From positions 9,890-73,889 of the forward strand of contig JABHCP010000007.1 of NCBI GenBank assembly GCA_018673485.1: a stretch of DNA of 64,000 nucleotides. The letters are read 5' to 3'. The notes under the pieces were generated by a model that had not been told where the DNA came from, did no database searches, and worked only from the letters and a program-made list of their open reading frames with translations. Shown one piece after another: positions 35,623 to 46,851 of this stretch. This DNA is from Candidatus Uhrbacteria bacterium. Lineage in GTDB: Bacteria; Patescibacteriota; Patescibacteriia; UBA9934. Position 1 is the first letter of the stretch. Each line of letters opens with the position of its first letter. The position numbers and the translations under genes are program-made.

Positions 35623-38565
35623 ATGAGTCGACCGCAATCACCTCGCCGAGGCGCACATTCGTGGGCAAGTTCCAGAAAAAAGGGTTGGAAAAAGAAGCTT
35701 CAAACATACTTTTCATATTTAAAAAAAGCTGACAGAGCAACTCTTGTGAAAAACGTAGTTTTACTTCTCATTGCCGGCGCCTTGCTTGGCAGCATAATGC
35801 TTCTTGGTGCTTTCGCGTGGATCTCTAAAGACCTCCCTGACCCAAACTCACTTACAATTCGTGAAGTGCCACAATCCACCAAGATATACGACAACACTGG
35901 AGAAAATCTTTTATATGAAATCGCAGGGGATGAAAAGCGTACTTTAGTTACCCTTGATCAGATCCCGGAATACATGGTTTGGGCAACGATCACAGCTGAG
36001 GATAGAAGTTTTTACGAGCACAGTGGAATTGACTACAAAGGAATCATGCGAGCCATCTTTGTTGATGTTATAACGCTAAGCAAATCTCAAGGTGCATCAA
36101 CAATCACGCAACAATTAGTTAAAAATGCGATTCTTTCTAATGAAAAAACATGGACGCGAAAGGTAAAAGAAATACTATTATCGCTAGCGCTTGAACGCAG
36201 GTATACCAAGGATGAAATCATGCAGCTTTACTTAAATGAGATCCCATATGGATCTCGCAACTATGGAATCCAAGCTGCATCAAGCGCATATTACGACTCA
36301 GCTGTTGAAGACTTAAGTTTAGCTCAGGCCGCAACACTCGGAGCACTTCCACAAGCAACAACTTACTACCTTAACAATCCTGACGATCTTGAAGCGCGTC
36401 GTAACTGGATCTTGGGTGACATGGCAGAGCTCGGCTACATAACTCAGGAAGAGGCCGATACTGCAATGTTAGAGGACACTAGCATTACCACTTATTTTTC
36501 AGACATCGAAGCCCCTCACTTCGTACTATGGGTAAAGGAACAGCTAGAAGAAGAGTACGGACAGAAAGAAGTAGAACAAGGTGGAATGACCGTGATCACT
36601 TCAATCGATTTTGACATGCAAAACGCAGCGCAAGATGCAGTAGTTAATAACCGCGATGCGCGTTCTGAATCTTATGGATTTAATAACTCTGGACTTGTAG
36701 CAATCGACCCGGATAACGGTCACATACTGGCAATGGTTGGCTCTGTTGATTATTTTGATGACGAAATTGACGGTCAAGTTAATGTGACTCAACAACCACT
36801 GCAACCTGGATCGTCTTTTAAACCAATCGTTTACACTGCTGGCTTTGAAGAAGGTTACACACCAAACACAATTTTGTGGGATGTAAAAACTGAGTTTGGA
36901 ACTACCACTGGGTCTTACTCACCAAACAACTATGACCTGGAAGAGCACGGTCCGCTCTCAATTAGAAGTGCGCTTCAGGGATCTTTAAATATCACGGCCG
37001 TAAAAATGCTTTATTTGGTTGGTGTGACTACCGCTGCTGATTTTGCAGAGCGACTTGGATACACAACACTAACTGATCCAGAACAATACGGACTTTCAAT
37101 GGTGCTTGGTGGCGCTGAAGTAAAGCTCATCGAACACGTTTCTGCCTACTCGGTCTTCGCAAACGAAGGAACTTATTACGAACCTGTTTCAATATTGAAA
37201 GTTGAAGATTCAGACGGCGAAATACTTCAAGAGTGGGAAGAAAGCGACGGGGAAGACGCACTCGACACAAACCTAGCGCGTATGATCACAAATGTGTTGT
37301 CCGACGACTCAGCACGCGCACCATTCTTTGGCGCTGGCGGATACCTAACGCTCGGATCTCGTCCGGCTGCTGCAAAAACTGGTACAACAAACGACTACAA
37401 AGACGCATGGACCATTGGATACACTCCACAACTTGTAACCGGTGTTTGGACAGGGAACACAGACGGAACAGCAATGAATTATGGCTCCGGCGGAAGCTCA
37501 GTCGCTGCTCCAATCTGGAATGAGTTTATGTATGCAGCCCTTGCTGACCAACCAATCGAATACTTCAATGCACCAGAAATTCCGACAACTGGAATAGCAG
37601 TGCTTGATGGGAACATGCCAAGCCAAGAAGTAACAATCGATACTGCCTCAGGAAAGCTTGCAACTGATAAAACACCAGACAGATACAAAGAAACAAAGGT
37701 TTGTGGTGAGTACCACAATATTCTCTACTATATAAACCCAAACGATCCGACCGGTGGTACTGTAAGCGAGCCAGTTGACGGCGCTTACGAACGTTGGGAA
37801 TCATCAGTTCAAACATATATCGCAAACTACAATGAGAGCTTAGAAGAAGATCAAGCTCCACTTGAGGAATGTGAAATTCCAACAGAAGAAGATGACGTTC
37901 ACACTGATCGAAACGAACCAAGTGTGACAATTAGAACCCCTGATAACAACGACTCGGTCGGACGCGAGTTTTCGGTTGAGGTAAAGGCAACTGCACGCCG
38001 CGGGGTTGATCGAATCGAATATCAAATTGATGGGATTATAGTAAAACAAACTAGCAACACATCTGATATTGATCTTGAGCTACCTAGCTGGGTTGATGCA
38101 GGAACACATACTTTGACCGTAGTTGCCTATGACGACGTCGACAACCAAGGAAGTGACGATATTAAAATCAATGTAACCGAAGACGCTGATACAGCAAACG
38201 TAACAATTACAAATCCATTTAATAATCAAGAAATTGGGGTAAGTGATGAGCCTTACGTAATGGTAGTAGAAATGAATGAATTAAATATTCTCTCGATGAC
38301 CCTGTACGCACAAAATCTCTGGGACAGCTCAACGAGCTTGATCTCACACATCGAAGCACCATCTGCTGTAAATGCAGTTAGTTGGACGCTGCCAGGTGAA
38401 GGTGATTACTTGCTCTACGGATTCGTAACCGACGACGCAGGAAACGACATCGACATCGAACCAGTCCAAGTATCAATCGTCGACACCGGCACCTCAAGCG
38501 CCGACAACCCATTTGAGTACTTGTCAGAATCAACAGAAGCGATCGAGGAAGAGATAGTCGAGTAA
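35623..38565 (+). CDS. class A penicillin-binding protein (PBP1A)
   Basis: glycosyltransferase motifs ITAEDRSFYEHSGID and STITQQLVKN; transpeptidase SSFKP/SxN/KTG; C-terminal Ig-like extension. Confidence 0.9.
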   Translation: MSRPQSPRRGAHSWASSRKKGWKKKLQTYFSYLKKADRATLVKNVVLLLIAGALLGSIMLLGAFAWISKDLPDPNSLTIREVPQSTKIYDNTGENLLYEIAGDEKRTLVTLDQIPEYMVWATITAEDRSFYEHSGIDYKGIMRAIFVDVITLSKSQGASTITQQLVKNAILSNEKTWTRKVKEILLSLALERRYTKDEIMQLYLNEIPYGSRNYGIQAASSAYYDSAVEDLSLAQAATLGALPQATTYYLNNPDDLEARRNWILGDMAELGYITQEEADTAMLEDTSITTYFSDIEAPHFVLWVKEQLEEEYGQKEVEQGGMTVITSIDFDMQNAAQDAVVNNRDARSESYGFNNSGLVAIDPDNGHILAMVGSVDYFDDEIDGQVNVTQQPLQPGSSFKPIVYTAGFEEGYTPNTILWDVKTEFGTTTGSYSPNNYDLEEHGPLSIRSALQGSLNITAVKMLYLVGVTTAADFAERLGYTTLTDPEQYGLSMVLGGAEVKLIEHVSAYSVFANEGTYYEPVSILKVEDSDGEILQEWEESDGEDALDTNLARMITNVLSDDSARAPFFGAGGYLTLGSRPAAAKTGTTNDYKDAWTIGYTPQLVTGVWTGNTDGTAMNYGSGGSSVAAPIWNEFMYAALADQPIEYFNAPEIPTTGIAVLDGNMPSQEVTIDTASGKLATDKTPDRYKETKVCGEYHNILYYINPNDPTGGTVSEPVDGAYERWESSVQTYIANYNESLEEDQAPLEECEIPTEEDDVHTDRNEPSVTIRTPDNNDSVGREFSVEVKATARRGVDRIEYQIDGIIVKQTSNTSDIDLELPSWVDAGTHTLTVVAYDDVDNQGSDDIKINVTEDADTANVTITNPFNNQEIGVSDEPYVMVVEMNELNILSMTLYAQNLWDSSTSLISHIEAPSAVNAVSWTLPGEGDYLLYGFVTDDAGNDIDIEPVQVSIVDTGTSSADNPFEYLSESTEAIEEEIVE

Positions 38566-38574
38566 CACAAATAA

Positions 38575-38608
38575 ATAAAACCACCTCGAGTTAATCGGGG
38601 TGGTTTTT
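38575..38608. terminator. bidirectional intrinsic terminator
   Basis: A4-ACCACC...GGTGGT-T6 between convergent PBP1A and dnaN. Confidence 0.65.
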
Positions 38609-38659
38609 TAATCTTTTTCTTTTCTGCCCCTCGACAAGCTCGGGATATTCGCTGCGTTA

Positions 38660-39781
38660 CTACTGACGGATCGGCATTACTATGTAGATGAACTTTTCTG
38701 CGTTTTCTCCGTGTGGGGCAAGGACGAATGGGCTGGCGGGGTCGATCATTTTTATCTCGACTTCGTCTGAATTCATTGCGTTTAGTCCGTCGAGAACATA
38801 TCGATAGTTAAGTGCCATTGTGTTTTCTTTTCCTTCTATTTCACATTTGAGATCAACATCGTTCTTTCCGCGTGTTGCGTCTTGTGCGAATAATGTAAGT
38901 GCTCCGTCTGGCTTTGCGCTCATCTTAATATCATAAAGCCCTTGTTTGGCAAACAAACTAACGCTTTTAATAGCTTGGATGAGGTCGCGACGTCCAACAA
39001 CGACCTTGGTTTCGTGCTTGTCTGGAATAATTTGGCGGTAGTCTGGGTACACTCCTTCGATAGTTCTGGATATTAACTCAACAGACGCGTAACGGAAGAC
39101 TACTTGATTGTTCGCAAGCTCCATTGTAACGCTCTGTGAGGCCTCCACGTCGTCTTTAAACACAGAGAAGACCCTACTTAGCTCAGAGAGTGTTCTCTGC
39201 GGCACAATGACTTCATACTCCTGTTCTCTCGATGGTGTTTTAATCTCAACTTCTGACAATCTGTAACTATCCGTTGCTGCCATTATCAGCTTCTCGTCCT
39301 TGAACTTCATGTAAACTCCGGTGAGTTCTGGGCGCGCCTCGTTCATCGCGGTTGCAAATAAAGTTTGTGCTAGCGCTTTCTTAAAATCAGATACGTTAAC
39401 TTCAAACTTAACTTCTCCCTCTACTGGTGGAATAAGCGGAAACTCTGCTGGTGAGATTCCGTTAATCGTTGTCTTTGCCTTAGCGCAAGAAACAAACAAA
39501 CCATCATCGTGAAGATCCATATTAACAACATCGTCTGGCAGTAAACTTACAAACTCATAAAAGAGTTTTGATGGAACTGTGTATTCACCTTGTTGTTCTA
39601 GTTTCCCCCGAACAGAACAAGTAAGTGCAATCTCAAGATTTGTTGATATTAATTTAAGTCCTCCTTGGTCAGCCTTAAGTAGAACATTGTTAAGTATTGG
39701 CAAGTTAACATTCTTCGTACTTATATGGCTTGTTATTGAGAGCCCCTGAGAAAGGTTCTCTTTTGTGCATGATAGTTTCAT
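38660..39781 (-). CDS. dnaN: DNA polymerase III beta sliding clamp
   Basis: MKLSCTKENLSQGL...NLPILNNVLL N-terminus; 373 aa; immediately downstream of dnaA. Confidence 0.9.
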   Translation of the reverse strand: MKLSCTKENLSQGLSITSHISTKNVNLPILNNVLLKADQGGLKLISTNLEIALTCSVRGKLEQQGEYTVPSKLFYEFVSLLPDDVVNMDLHDDGLFVSCAKAKTTINGISPAEFPLIPPVEGEVKFEVNVSDFKKALAQTLFATAMNEARPELTGVYMKFKDEKLIMAATDSYRLSEVEIKTPSREQEYEVIVPQRTLSELSRVFSVFKDDVEASQSVTMELANNQVVFRYASVELISRTIEGVYPDYRQIIPDKHETKVVVGRRDLIQAIKSVSLFAKQGLYDIKMSAKPDGALTLFAQDATRGKNDVDLKCEIEGKENTMALNYRYVLDGLNAMNSDEVEIKMIDPASPFVLAPHGENAEKFIYIVMPIRQ

Positions 39782-40055
39782 GGGACTTATTATTATATTA
39801 TTAAGTTAAATATATTTATATAAATAATAGTAGTAATAGGGGGTGTGGACAGTGTGTAAAACTCCAGTTTATGTTTTACATTGGTGGCGTTTACTTGTGT
39901 ACGAACAGGGATCTACTGTGAGGGAACCGGTGAGTTTATTGTGGATTACTTTTCGTGATTTTTTCAGCCTGTTGTTGTGCACATATTGTACTCAGGCTCG
40001 CTCACAGGAAAACACATAGTTGTTCACGTGCGGTGCACAGTCTACCCACAGAATT
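39782..40055. promoter_or_regulatory. putative oriC segment (AT-rich DUE plus degenerate DnaA boxes)
   Basis: 53-nt run of more than 90% AT at 39786..39838; TGTGGATTA at 39940 and TGTGGACAG at 39845. Confidence 0.45.
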
Positions 40056-41462
<1,407 letters not shown>

Positions 41463-41689
41463 AAAGCAATGGGGGTAAGAACGGATCTTTACAAAATTCG
41501 TGACCTGTTGATTTATGAGTCCCATATACCAACACCTCATCGAATTTTAGAAAGATCAGATTTTATATCTCTCAGTCGACGCTGTGAATAATATATCAGA
41601 TATCCACAGGTAGCAAGTACCAATAAAATCGTATAAATGTGCAAAAGTTGTGGATATGGTGTGTGGAACTGTACCTTTATCCCCGATTC

Positions 41690-41718
41690 TTGACAAAATA
41701 CCGTATAGTTAGTATAGT
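41690..41718 (+). promoter_or_regulatory. sigma70-type promoter of rpmH (TTGACA-17-TATAGT)
   Basis: consensus hexamers about 57 nt upstream of the rpmH ATG; near-consensus DnaA boxes at 41600 and 41649. Confidence 0.5.
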
Positions 41719-41774
41719 TTCGACACTTTGACTAATATGTTGTTGATCAAATCAATGACAGTAATAACTAAGTT

Positions 41775-41927
41775 ATGCCGAAGAGGACATACCAACCAAA
41801 AAAGCGGCGCCGTGCTCGAAAACACGGATTTCGAAAGCGAATGCTCACGAAGACCGGACGCGCAGTACTAAAACGCCGACGAGCCAGAGGACGAAAGCGA
41901 CTTACAGTTGCAGCCCGAATGGCTTAA
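41775..41927 (+). CDS. rpmH: 50S ribosomal protein L34
   Basis: hand translation [50 protein letters not shown]; below the ORF-track length cutoff. Confidence 0.85.
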   Translation: MPKRTYQPKKRRRARKHGFRKRMLTKTGRAVLKRRRARGRKRLTVAARMA

Positions 41928-41963
41928 AAGAAAAGCGACTCAGCAATGAGCCGTTTTTTCTTT

Positions 41964-42021
41964 TAGTAGATCCCCTGCCTACCGGCAGGCAGGCTCGACT
42001 CCCTTCGGTCGCTCAGGATGA
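41964..42021 (+). repeat. modular GC-rich repeat containing the CCGG-centred palindromic module
   Basis: TAGTAGATCCCCTGCCTACCGGCAGGCAGG... shares the module with 9918..9944. Confidence 0.5.
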
Positions 42022-42063
42022 CAACATTGTATATTTACTGTTGTCACTTTATACTGACACCGT

Positions 42064-42408
42064 ATGTTTAAACAAAAGAATAGACTTAAGAAAAAGTTGG
42101 AGGTTCAGGGCACTGTAAAAAAGGGAAAGAGTGTTTTTGATCCGGTTTGTGGGATTAAGTTTTTAAAAAATGATTTGGATGAGTCGCGGTTTGCGGTTGT
42201 TGTTGGGCTTAAGGTTCATAAAAGCGCCGTAAAGCGTAATCGAGTTAAACGTCAGTATCGAGAGGTTGTTCGATTGCATCTTGATTCGATCAAGCCCGGG
42301 TTTGATGTGGTTCTGCTTACGTCGGCTAAAGCGCTTGAACTTACATATGTGCAAAAAGAAGAAAGACTGCTTGCTGTATTTCGTAAAGCTGGATTATGGA
42401 AAGACTAA
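42064..42408 (+). CDS. rnpA: ribonuclease P protein component
   Basis: basic 114-aa protein with the RNR motif region, located after rpmH. Confidence 0.85.
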   Translation: MFKQKNRLKKKLEVQGTVKKGKSVFDPVCGIKFLKNDLDESRFAVVVGLKVHKSAVKRNRVKRQYREVVRLHLDSIKPGFDVVLLTSAKALELTYVQKEERLLAVFRKAGLWKD

Positions 42409-42647
42409 TTCGATATTGGCGCACTGTTGCGGCCTGGCCAATCACCGCATATCAAAAAACCCTCTCGTTTGACCATGGTCCGATGAGGGTTTTGTTTCCG
42501 CACGGTTATTGTAGGTTTCATCCGTCGTGTTCTGAATATGCCAAGCTCGCGATTTTAAAGTATGGAGTCGTCTGGGGCGGCTTGAAAGGCGGGTATCGAA
42601 TTTTAAAATGCAATCCTTGGAATAAAGGCGGGGTTGATAGGCCTTGA
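42396..42647 (+). CDS. yidD: membrane protein insertion efficiency factor YidD
   Basis: YCRFHPSCSEYA signature. Confidence 0.85.
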   Translation: MERLIRYWRTVAAWPITAYQKTLSFDHGPMRVLFPHGYCRFHPSCSEYAKLAILKYGVVWGGLKGGYRILKCNPWNKGGVDRP

Positions 42648-42683
42648 GAAAAAAACACCCATCTCGAGGAGTCCAAAGACGAC

Positions 42684-42761
42684 GAGAGATCCCGTGCGTA
42701 ACCGATCGAACGTTGAGATAGCGGTGGGATCCTTCGGCCCGTCGGACGGGCCTCTGGATGG
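42684..42761 (+). repeat. modular GC-rich repeat (copy of 3153..3242 type)
   Basis: CGATCGAACGTTGAGATA...GGGATCCTTC-hairpin-CTCTGGATGG. Confidence 0.45.
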
Positions 42762-42777
42762 TATGCATTTTCTATGT

Positions 42778-43026
42778 CTATTTGAGAGCGGATAAGTCTA
42801 CAGAATCCGGAAGTTTCACATGTTTAACGCGGCTTGAGTGGCCGCGCTTTATCGTTATTAAACTTTTTGCTACGCCAAGTCGCTTTGCTAGGAAATCGAT
42901 GAGTGCTCGATTGGCTTTACCGTCGACTGCGGGTGCCGCGATGTCAATTTTTACAGTTCCAGAATCAAGCCAGGCCTTCACTTGGTTGTTTTTAGCGTTT
43001 GGTTTGATGTGAACTGTAAGGATCAT
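42778..43026 (-). CDS. DUF167 (YggU-like) protein
   Basis: GKANRALIDFLAKRLGV motif; start taken at MILTVHIK. Confidence 0.7.
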   Translation of the reverse strand: MILTVHIKPNAKNNQVKAWLDSGTVKIDIAAPAVDGKANRALIDFLAKRLGVAKSLITIKRGHSSRVKHVKLPDSVDLSALK

Positions 43027-43181
43027 AGCGTTCGGTTCTCCCTCTTCCCACCCTTCGATATAACTCAGGGTGCCCTGAGCTTGTCGAATGGACAAGGGGG
43101 AGTTAGCTGTGCCAGTCCGAAGCTCTGCAGAGCGAAGGCTGGAGGGGGTTGTCGTTTGATCGAATTCGATCTAATTAAGTA

Positions 43182-44193
43182 CTAATATGAATCAACCGCG
43201 TTGATAATTCGCTTAGCTGCTTTGATGACACGCTCAGGATTTTCGCTGTGAGCAGTTTCGTTGCACAGCATGATAGCCGATGCGCCATCAAGAGCGGCAT
43301 TTGTAACATCTAGTATATCAGAGCGTTGCGGAATGTTTTGAGTGAGCATAGAAGTGAGTGCTCCGGTTGCAACTATCGAGTACTTCCCTTTTGATCTAGC
43401 TCTTGCAACAAGTTGTTTTTGAATAAGGCCAAGATATTCGTACGGAACGGTAAGGGCGAGGTCGCCGCGGGCCACCATGATGCCGTGGGCAAGATCTAGT
43501 ATCTCATCGATGTTGTCGACTCCCTCTTGAGACTCGATCTTCGCGATTACGCGTGGGTTCCAGTCGGGCGTTGTGTGTCGATCGAGCTTCGAGAGAAGCT
43601 GCTCAAGCATAGCGCTGGAGTTCACAAAAGAAAACGCGATCATATCAGGCTTACTTTGTGGTAACTTCTCAAGTATCTCATCGATCATTGGGACAACATG
43701 GTCTAATTGATCAAGTGCGCGGGGTATCGTCATGCCAGTGCATTGGACGATCGTGCCCGAGTGGCATGTTTTTGCAATAAATTCGTTGGAACTATGAATA
43801 GCTACGACCTCAAAGCTCATTTGCCCATCTTGAATATAGAACTGCTCACCCACTCGAAGATAGTCAGCCAGGTTTTCGGTTTGAAATGTTAGGTAGGCTT
43901 GTGGATCTATGGTTTCTGGTCCATGCAGAAATCGAAATTCCTCACCCTCAGCAACTTCGATCTTATTTTGGGGAAACTTTCCTAATCTGAGCTTTGCCTC
44001 AGGCAGATCAGCCAGCAACTGCACATCACGATCGCATTGGTCGATTTGCTCACGGGCCTTCACAAGCGCCTCTGAGATTTTATCAGCGCCCCAATGCGAA
44101 CATTTGATACGCAAAACATCAACGCCGGCCTCAATCATGGCCTGATTGCGATCAAAATAGTAAGGATCTTTCCAAATAGTAGCGATTATTTGC
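43182..44193 (-). CDS. pyk: pyruvate kinase (short form lacking the C-terminal regulatory domain)
   Basis: AGVDVLRIKCSHW, LLADLPEAKLR and MVARGDLALTVP motifs; the N-terminal extension in the ORF track is a translated GC-rich repeat. Confidence 0.85.
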
Positions 44194-44205
44194 ATAGCGT
44201 TCAGT

Positions 44206-44239
44206 CCTCCCCCTTCCCAAGGGGGAGCTAGAGGGGGTT
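44206..44239. repeat. GC-rich palindromic repeat CCTCCCCCTTCCCAAGGGGGAGCTAGAGGGGGTT
   Basis: member of the family listed at 25987..26027. Confidence 0.6.
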
Positions 44240-44380
44240 GCCATTGAGTAAATAAAATCAGGAGACATTCCTCCTGTTTCCGATTGCATTGTATCAAGTT
44301 ATTGCTAGTTTGATCAAAAAGGTTTCACTAAGGTCCCGATCGGCCCTTTAGTGAAACCTTCTTGACGTCGACGGCTTGGC

Positions 44381-45061
44381 ATGAGAATCTGGGCGCATAT
44401 GCAACCCATTGAAGCGCTAGGAAACTTTTTAACACAAACCCCCGAGATGCTCTCGCAAGTACATAGATGGGGAAATTCTCCTTCTGTGCCTAGGCATGAG
44501 CGTGAGTCGGTATTAAAGCACACGTTCCGAGCGGTGGCATTAACTGCCGCCATGGTTGCGATTGAAGAAGAACAAGGAGATTTACCACAGAAGCTCGATG
44601 GTGAGCGTCTATTGCTTGCAGCTTTGCTCCACGATATTGGCGAGGGGCGCACAGGTGATATTTTGTATGCGGTAAAGCAAGATGGGCGCGTTAAGCATAT
44701 GTTGAATGAGATAGAACGCGAGCAGGCGATGTCACTTTTGAAGGATTTGCCATTATCGGTTCGTGATAAATATGAAAGTGCGTATCGATTGGAGTCTGAG
44801 GATTCAATCGAAGGTCGATTTTTCAATGCGGTTGAGCGAATGGGGTATATTTATTATTCCATTGAGCAGTATCGAGATCGTGGGCGTAAAGACTTCATCG
44901 AGACCTTCCAAATGCAGCATGAAAAGATTTTGGTTCTTGAAGAGGAGTTTGTGAGCCTGAAGGTTTTGTACGGTGAGTTTAAGGAATATATTGAAAAGGA
45001 GCTTGAGCTTGAACAGAAGGCTCGCGCTTTTCGTGAAACGACGGGAATAGGATCAAAATAA
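44381..45061 (+). CDS. HD-domain phosphohydrolase (YfbR-like 5'-nucleotidase family)
   Basis: LLHDIGEGRTGDI metal-binding HD motif. Confidence 0.75.
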   Translation: MRIWAHMQPIEALGNFLTQTPEMLSQVHRWGNSPSVPRHERESVLKHTFRAVALTAAMVAIEEEQGDLPQKLDGERLLLAALLHDIGEGRTGDILYAVKQDGRVKHMLNEIEREQAMSLLKDLPLSVRDKYESAYRLESEDSIEGRFFNAVERMGYIYYSIEQYRDRGRKDFIETFQMQHEKILVLEEEFVSLKVLYGEFKEYIEKELELEQKARAFRETTGIGSK

Positions 45062-45119
45062 TAAATAAAGTCTAATTTAAAAAAACAGCCAATTTTAGTT
45101 AAAAAAGCACGCTTTTATA

Positions 45120-45148
45120 TTGACAAGAGCGTGTTTTTGTGTTATATT
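45120..45148 (+). promoter_or_regulatory. sigma70-type promoter (TTGACA-17-TATATT)
   Basis: directed at the 45282 ORF, which has a GGAGG RBS. Confidence 0.45.
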
Positions 45149-45281
45149 TTGCAGTCCTGCTGAGTCTACGGACCAGCTGACAACCTTCCTTGGGCCTACC
45201 ACACAATTCGTGAGGGGGCAGCAAAGAAGGATCCTTTTTCAGGACCTACTTCGTGAAAGCGGAGGGGTTGCTGGAGAAATC

Positions 45282-45656
45282 ATGAACGATAAAGCAGACG
45301 TGATCATGTGCGCCCACCAAGGCACCTTCATGGTGTACCCTCACCCCGAAGGGCGCCTGGCACACCTCTACGAGGAAGTCACGGTCAATATCAGAGGGAA
45401 CGACTTTGTGAAGCCAAAGGTCTGGATCCTTGGTGCGTCCTGGGCCGACACGATTCTCGGAACGCACGGGACTCGTCAGGAGGTGGATACCCTCAAGCGC
45501 TTGATGCGTAGTGAGGGCATCGTATACCAGGTCACGCAAGACGAGATGGTCCCATGCTGCCAGCCTGCCCGTAAGAACAACGAGTGGGTCTGGTACGACT
45601 CTGACCGTGCCCAGCTGCGAACTGACTCGCCTTTGGCGATCTTCTTTAGCGGCTAG
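45282..45656 (+). CDS. hypothetical protein (124 aa) in a high-GC islet
   Basis: RBS GGAGG 9 nt upstream of the ATG; long GC hairpin and T-run downstream. Confidence 0.45.
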   Translation: MNDKADVIMCAHQGTFMVYPHPEGRLAHLYEEVTVNIRGNDFVKPKVWILGASWADTILGTHGTRQEVDTLKRLMRSEGIVYQVTQDEMVPCCQPARKNNEWVWYDSDRAQLRTDSPLAIFFSG

Positions 45657-45885
45657 ACTTAACAGCTTTTTTCTTCCCCCTCTCTCAACCCCCATCAAAC
45701 CTGAAGGACTCCCATGTCCAACTCACGGTTTGTGGGGGGTTCTTCTTTTATAGAAAAAATAGACAACTTACCGCTTAGATGGCCCTGTGTTTTTTTTCTA
45801 TCCATTCGATGTTCGATCGGACATTTTATGAATTTATCAAAATTGCTTTTGAGGCTGATTTAAAGACTGCGTTTAGAGATATCAA

Positions 45886-45921
45886 TTTTCATAATACGTT
45901 CGATCGAACGTATTATGAAAA
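45886..45921. repeat. 36-bp perfect palindrome centred on CGATCG
   Basis: TTTTCATAATACGTTCGATCGAACGTATTATGAAAA; a degenerate relative at 45806..45826. Confidence 0.8.
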
Positions 45922-45982
45922 TAAAGCATCAACGCCCCACTCGTTGTACGAGTTGGGGCGTAGTTGATTGCGCACGAGGGCG

Positions 45983-46666
45983 CTAGCGGGATCCTCGAGC
46001 TGATCCCCACGTTCCTTCTTTGCGTGAACTGCCGAAGATGTATTCGGGTTGGGTCTCTTCGGATATGTCTTGGATGACGACTTGGTGCCCGTCGCCTTGA
46101 AGGACCGAGCTCGCTCCAACTGGCATGATGAACTGTTGGTCGACGTCGCGGGTGATGATCATGCCCTGCGGTTCGAGCAGCGGGCTGTTCTGGTGGTTGT
46201 CCCAGATCAGCATGTCGTTGATCGTGTAGGTCTGGTCAGGTTCGAACCGACCAGAAACCTCCTCGATGATCAGCGTGCCGCCGTCGCGTTCGAAGACGCC
46301 AGTCGTGAAGCCCGTGAATGGGTGGTCGTTGTTCGCATCCTTGAAGATCGAGTTGACCCCAAAGAGCTTGGGCTGGGTCATGCCACGAAGGTGAGCACTT
46401 GAGTCACCGACATAGACTACCACCTTGTGGGCCTGTGGTGTCACAAAGAGCATGAAGTTCGGATCCTCGCAATCGGCTGAGGTGCTGGAGAGCTCTTGCT
46501 CCAGACAGGTCTCGATCGTGGCGAGAAGTTCTGCCTTTCCTGTGTCACGACCACCGTACAATGTAGCCAGGTTGACGCCGCACATGAGAAGAGCTGCGAT
46601 AACGAGTAACACCGTTAGATCAGAGACCTTCAAGGTGATTTCTTTGGAGAAGAATTTGTTTGCCAT
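45983..46666 (-). CDS. hypothetical membrane-anchored protein in a high-GC islet
   Basis: N-terminal TM anchor; 227 aa. Confidence 0.5.
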   Translation of the reverse strand: MANKFFSKEITLKVSDLTVLLVIAALLMCGVNLATLYGGRDTGKAELLATIETCLEQELSSTSADCEDPNFMLFVTPQAHKVVVYVGDSSAHLRGMTQPKLFGVNSIFKDANNDHPFTGFTTGVFERDGGTLIIEEVSGRFEPDQTYTINDMLIWDNHQNSPLLEPQGMIITRDVDQQFIMPVGASSVLQGDGHQVVIQDISEETQPEYIFGSSRKEGTWGSARGSR

Positions 46667-46787
46667 GATTGCTCCCGATCGAGGTCGGATCCAGTGTTCG
46701 CGCTTACATTAGCTTAGAAGTATTCTGCGGTCAAGATTCGACGGCAACCCCCTGGCGTCCCCCTTGGGAAGGGGGACATTTAATTAA

Positions 46788-46820
46788 AACAAAAGAACCA
46801 CCTGAGGTGGTTCTTCCTGT
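46788..46820 (-). terminator. intrinsic terminator of tig
   Basis: GAACCACC-TGA-GGTGGTTC followed by a T-run on the minus strand. Confidence 0.6.
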
Positions 46821-46851
46821 GCACTGCGAACTGAGCACTGCGTACTATATT

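Noticed and set aside
44314-44826. Minus-strand 170-aa ORF overlapping the HD-domain gene
   Set aside because: Overlaps a well-supported HD phosphohydrolase on the opposite strand and has a Ser/Cys-rich composition
45779-45967. 62-aa ORF with internal FDRTFYE/FDRTYYE repeats
   Set aside because: The repeats are simply the translated CGATCG palindromes (45806 and 45886); the region is intergenic
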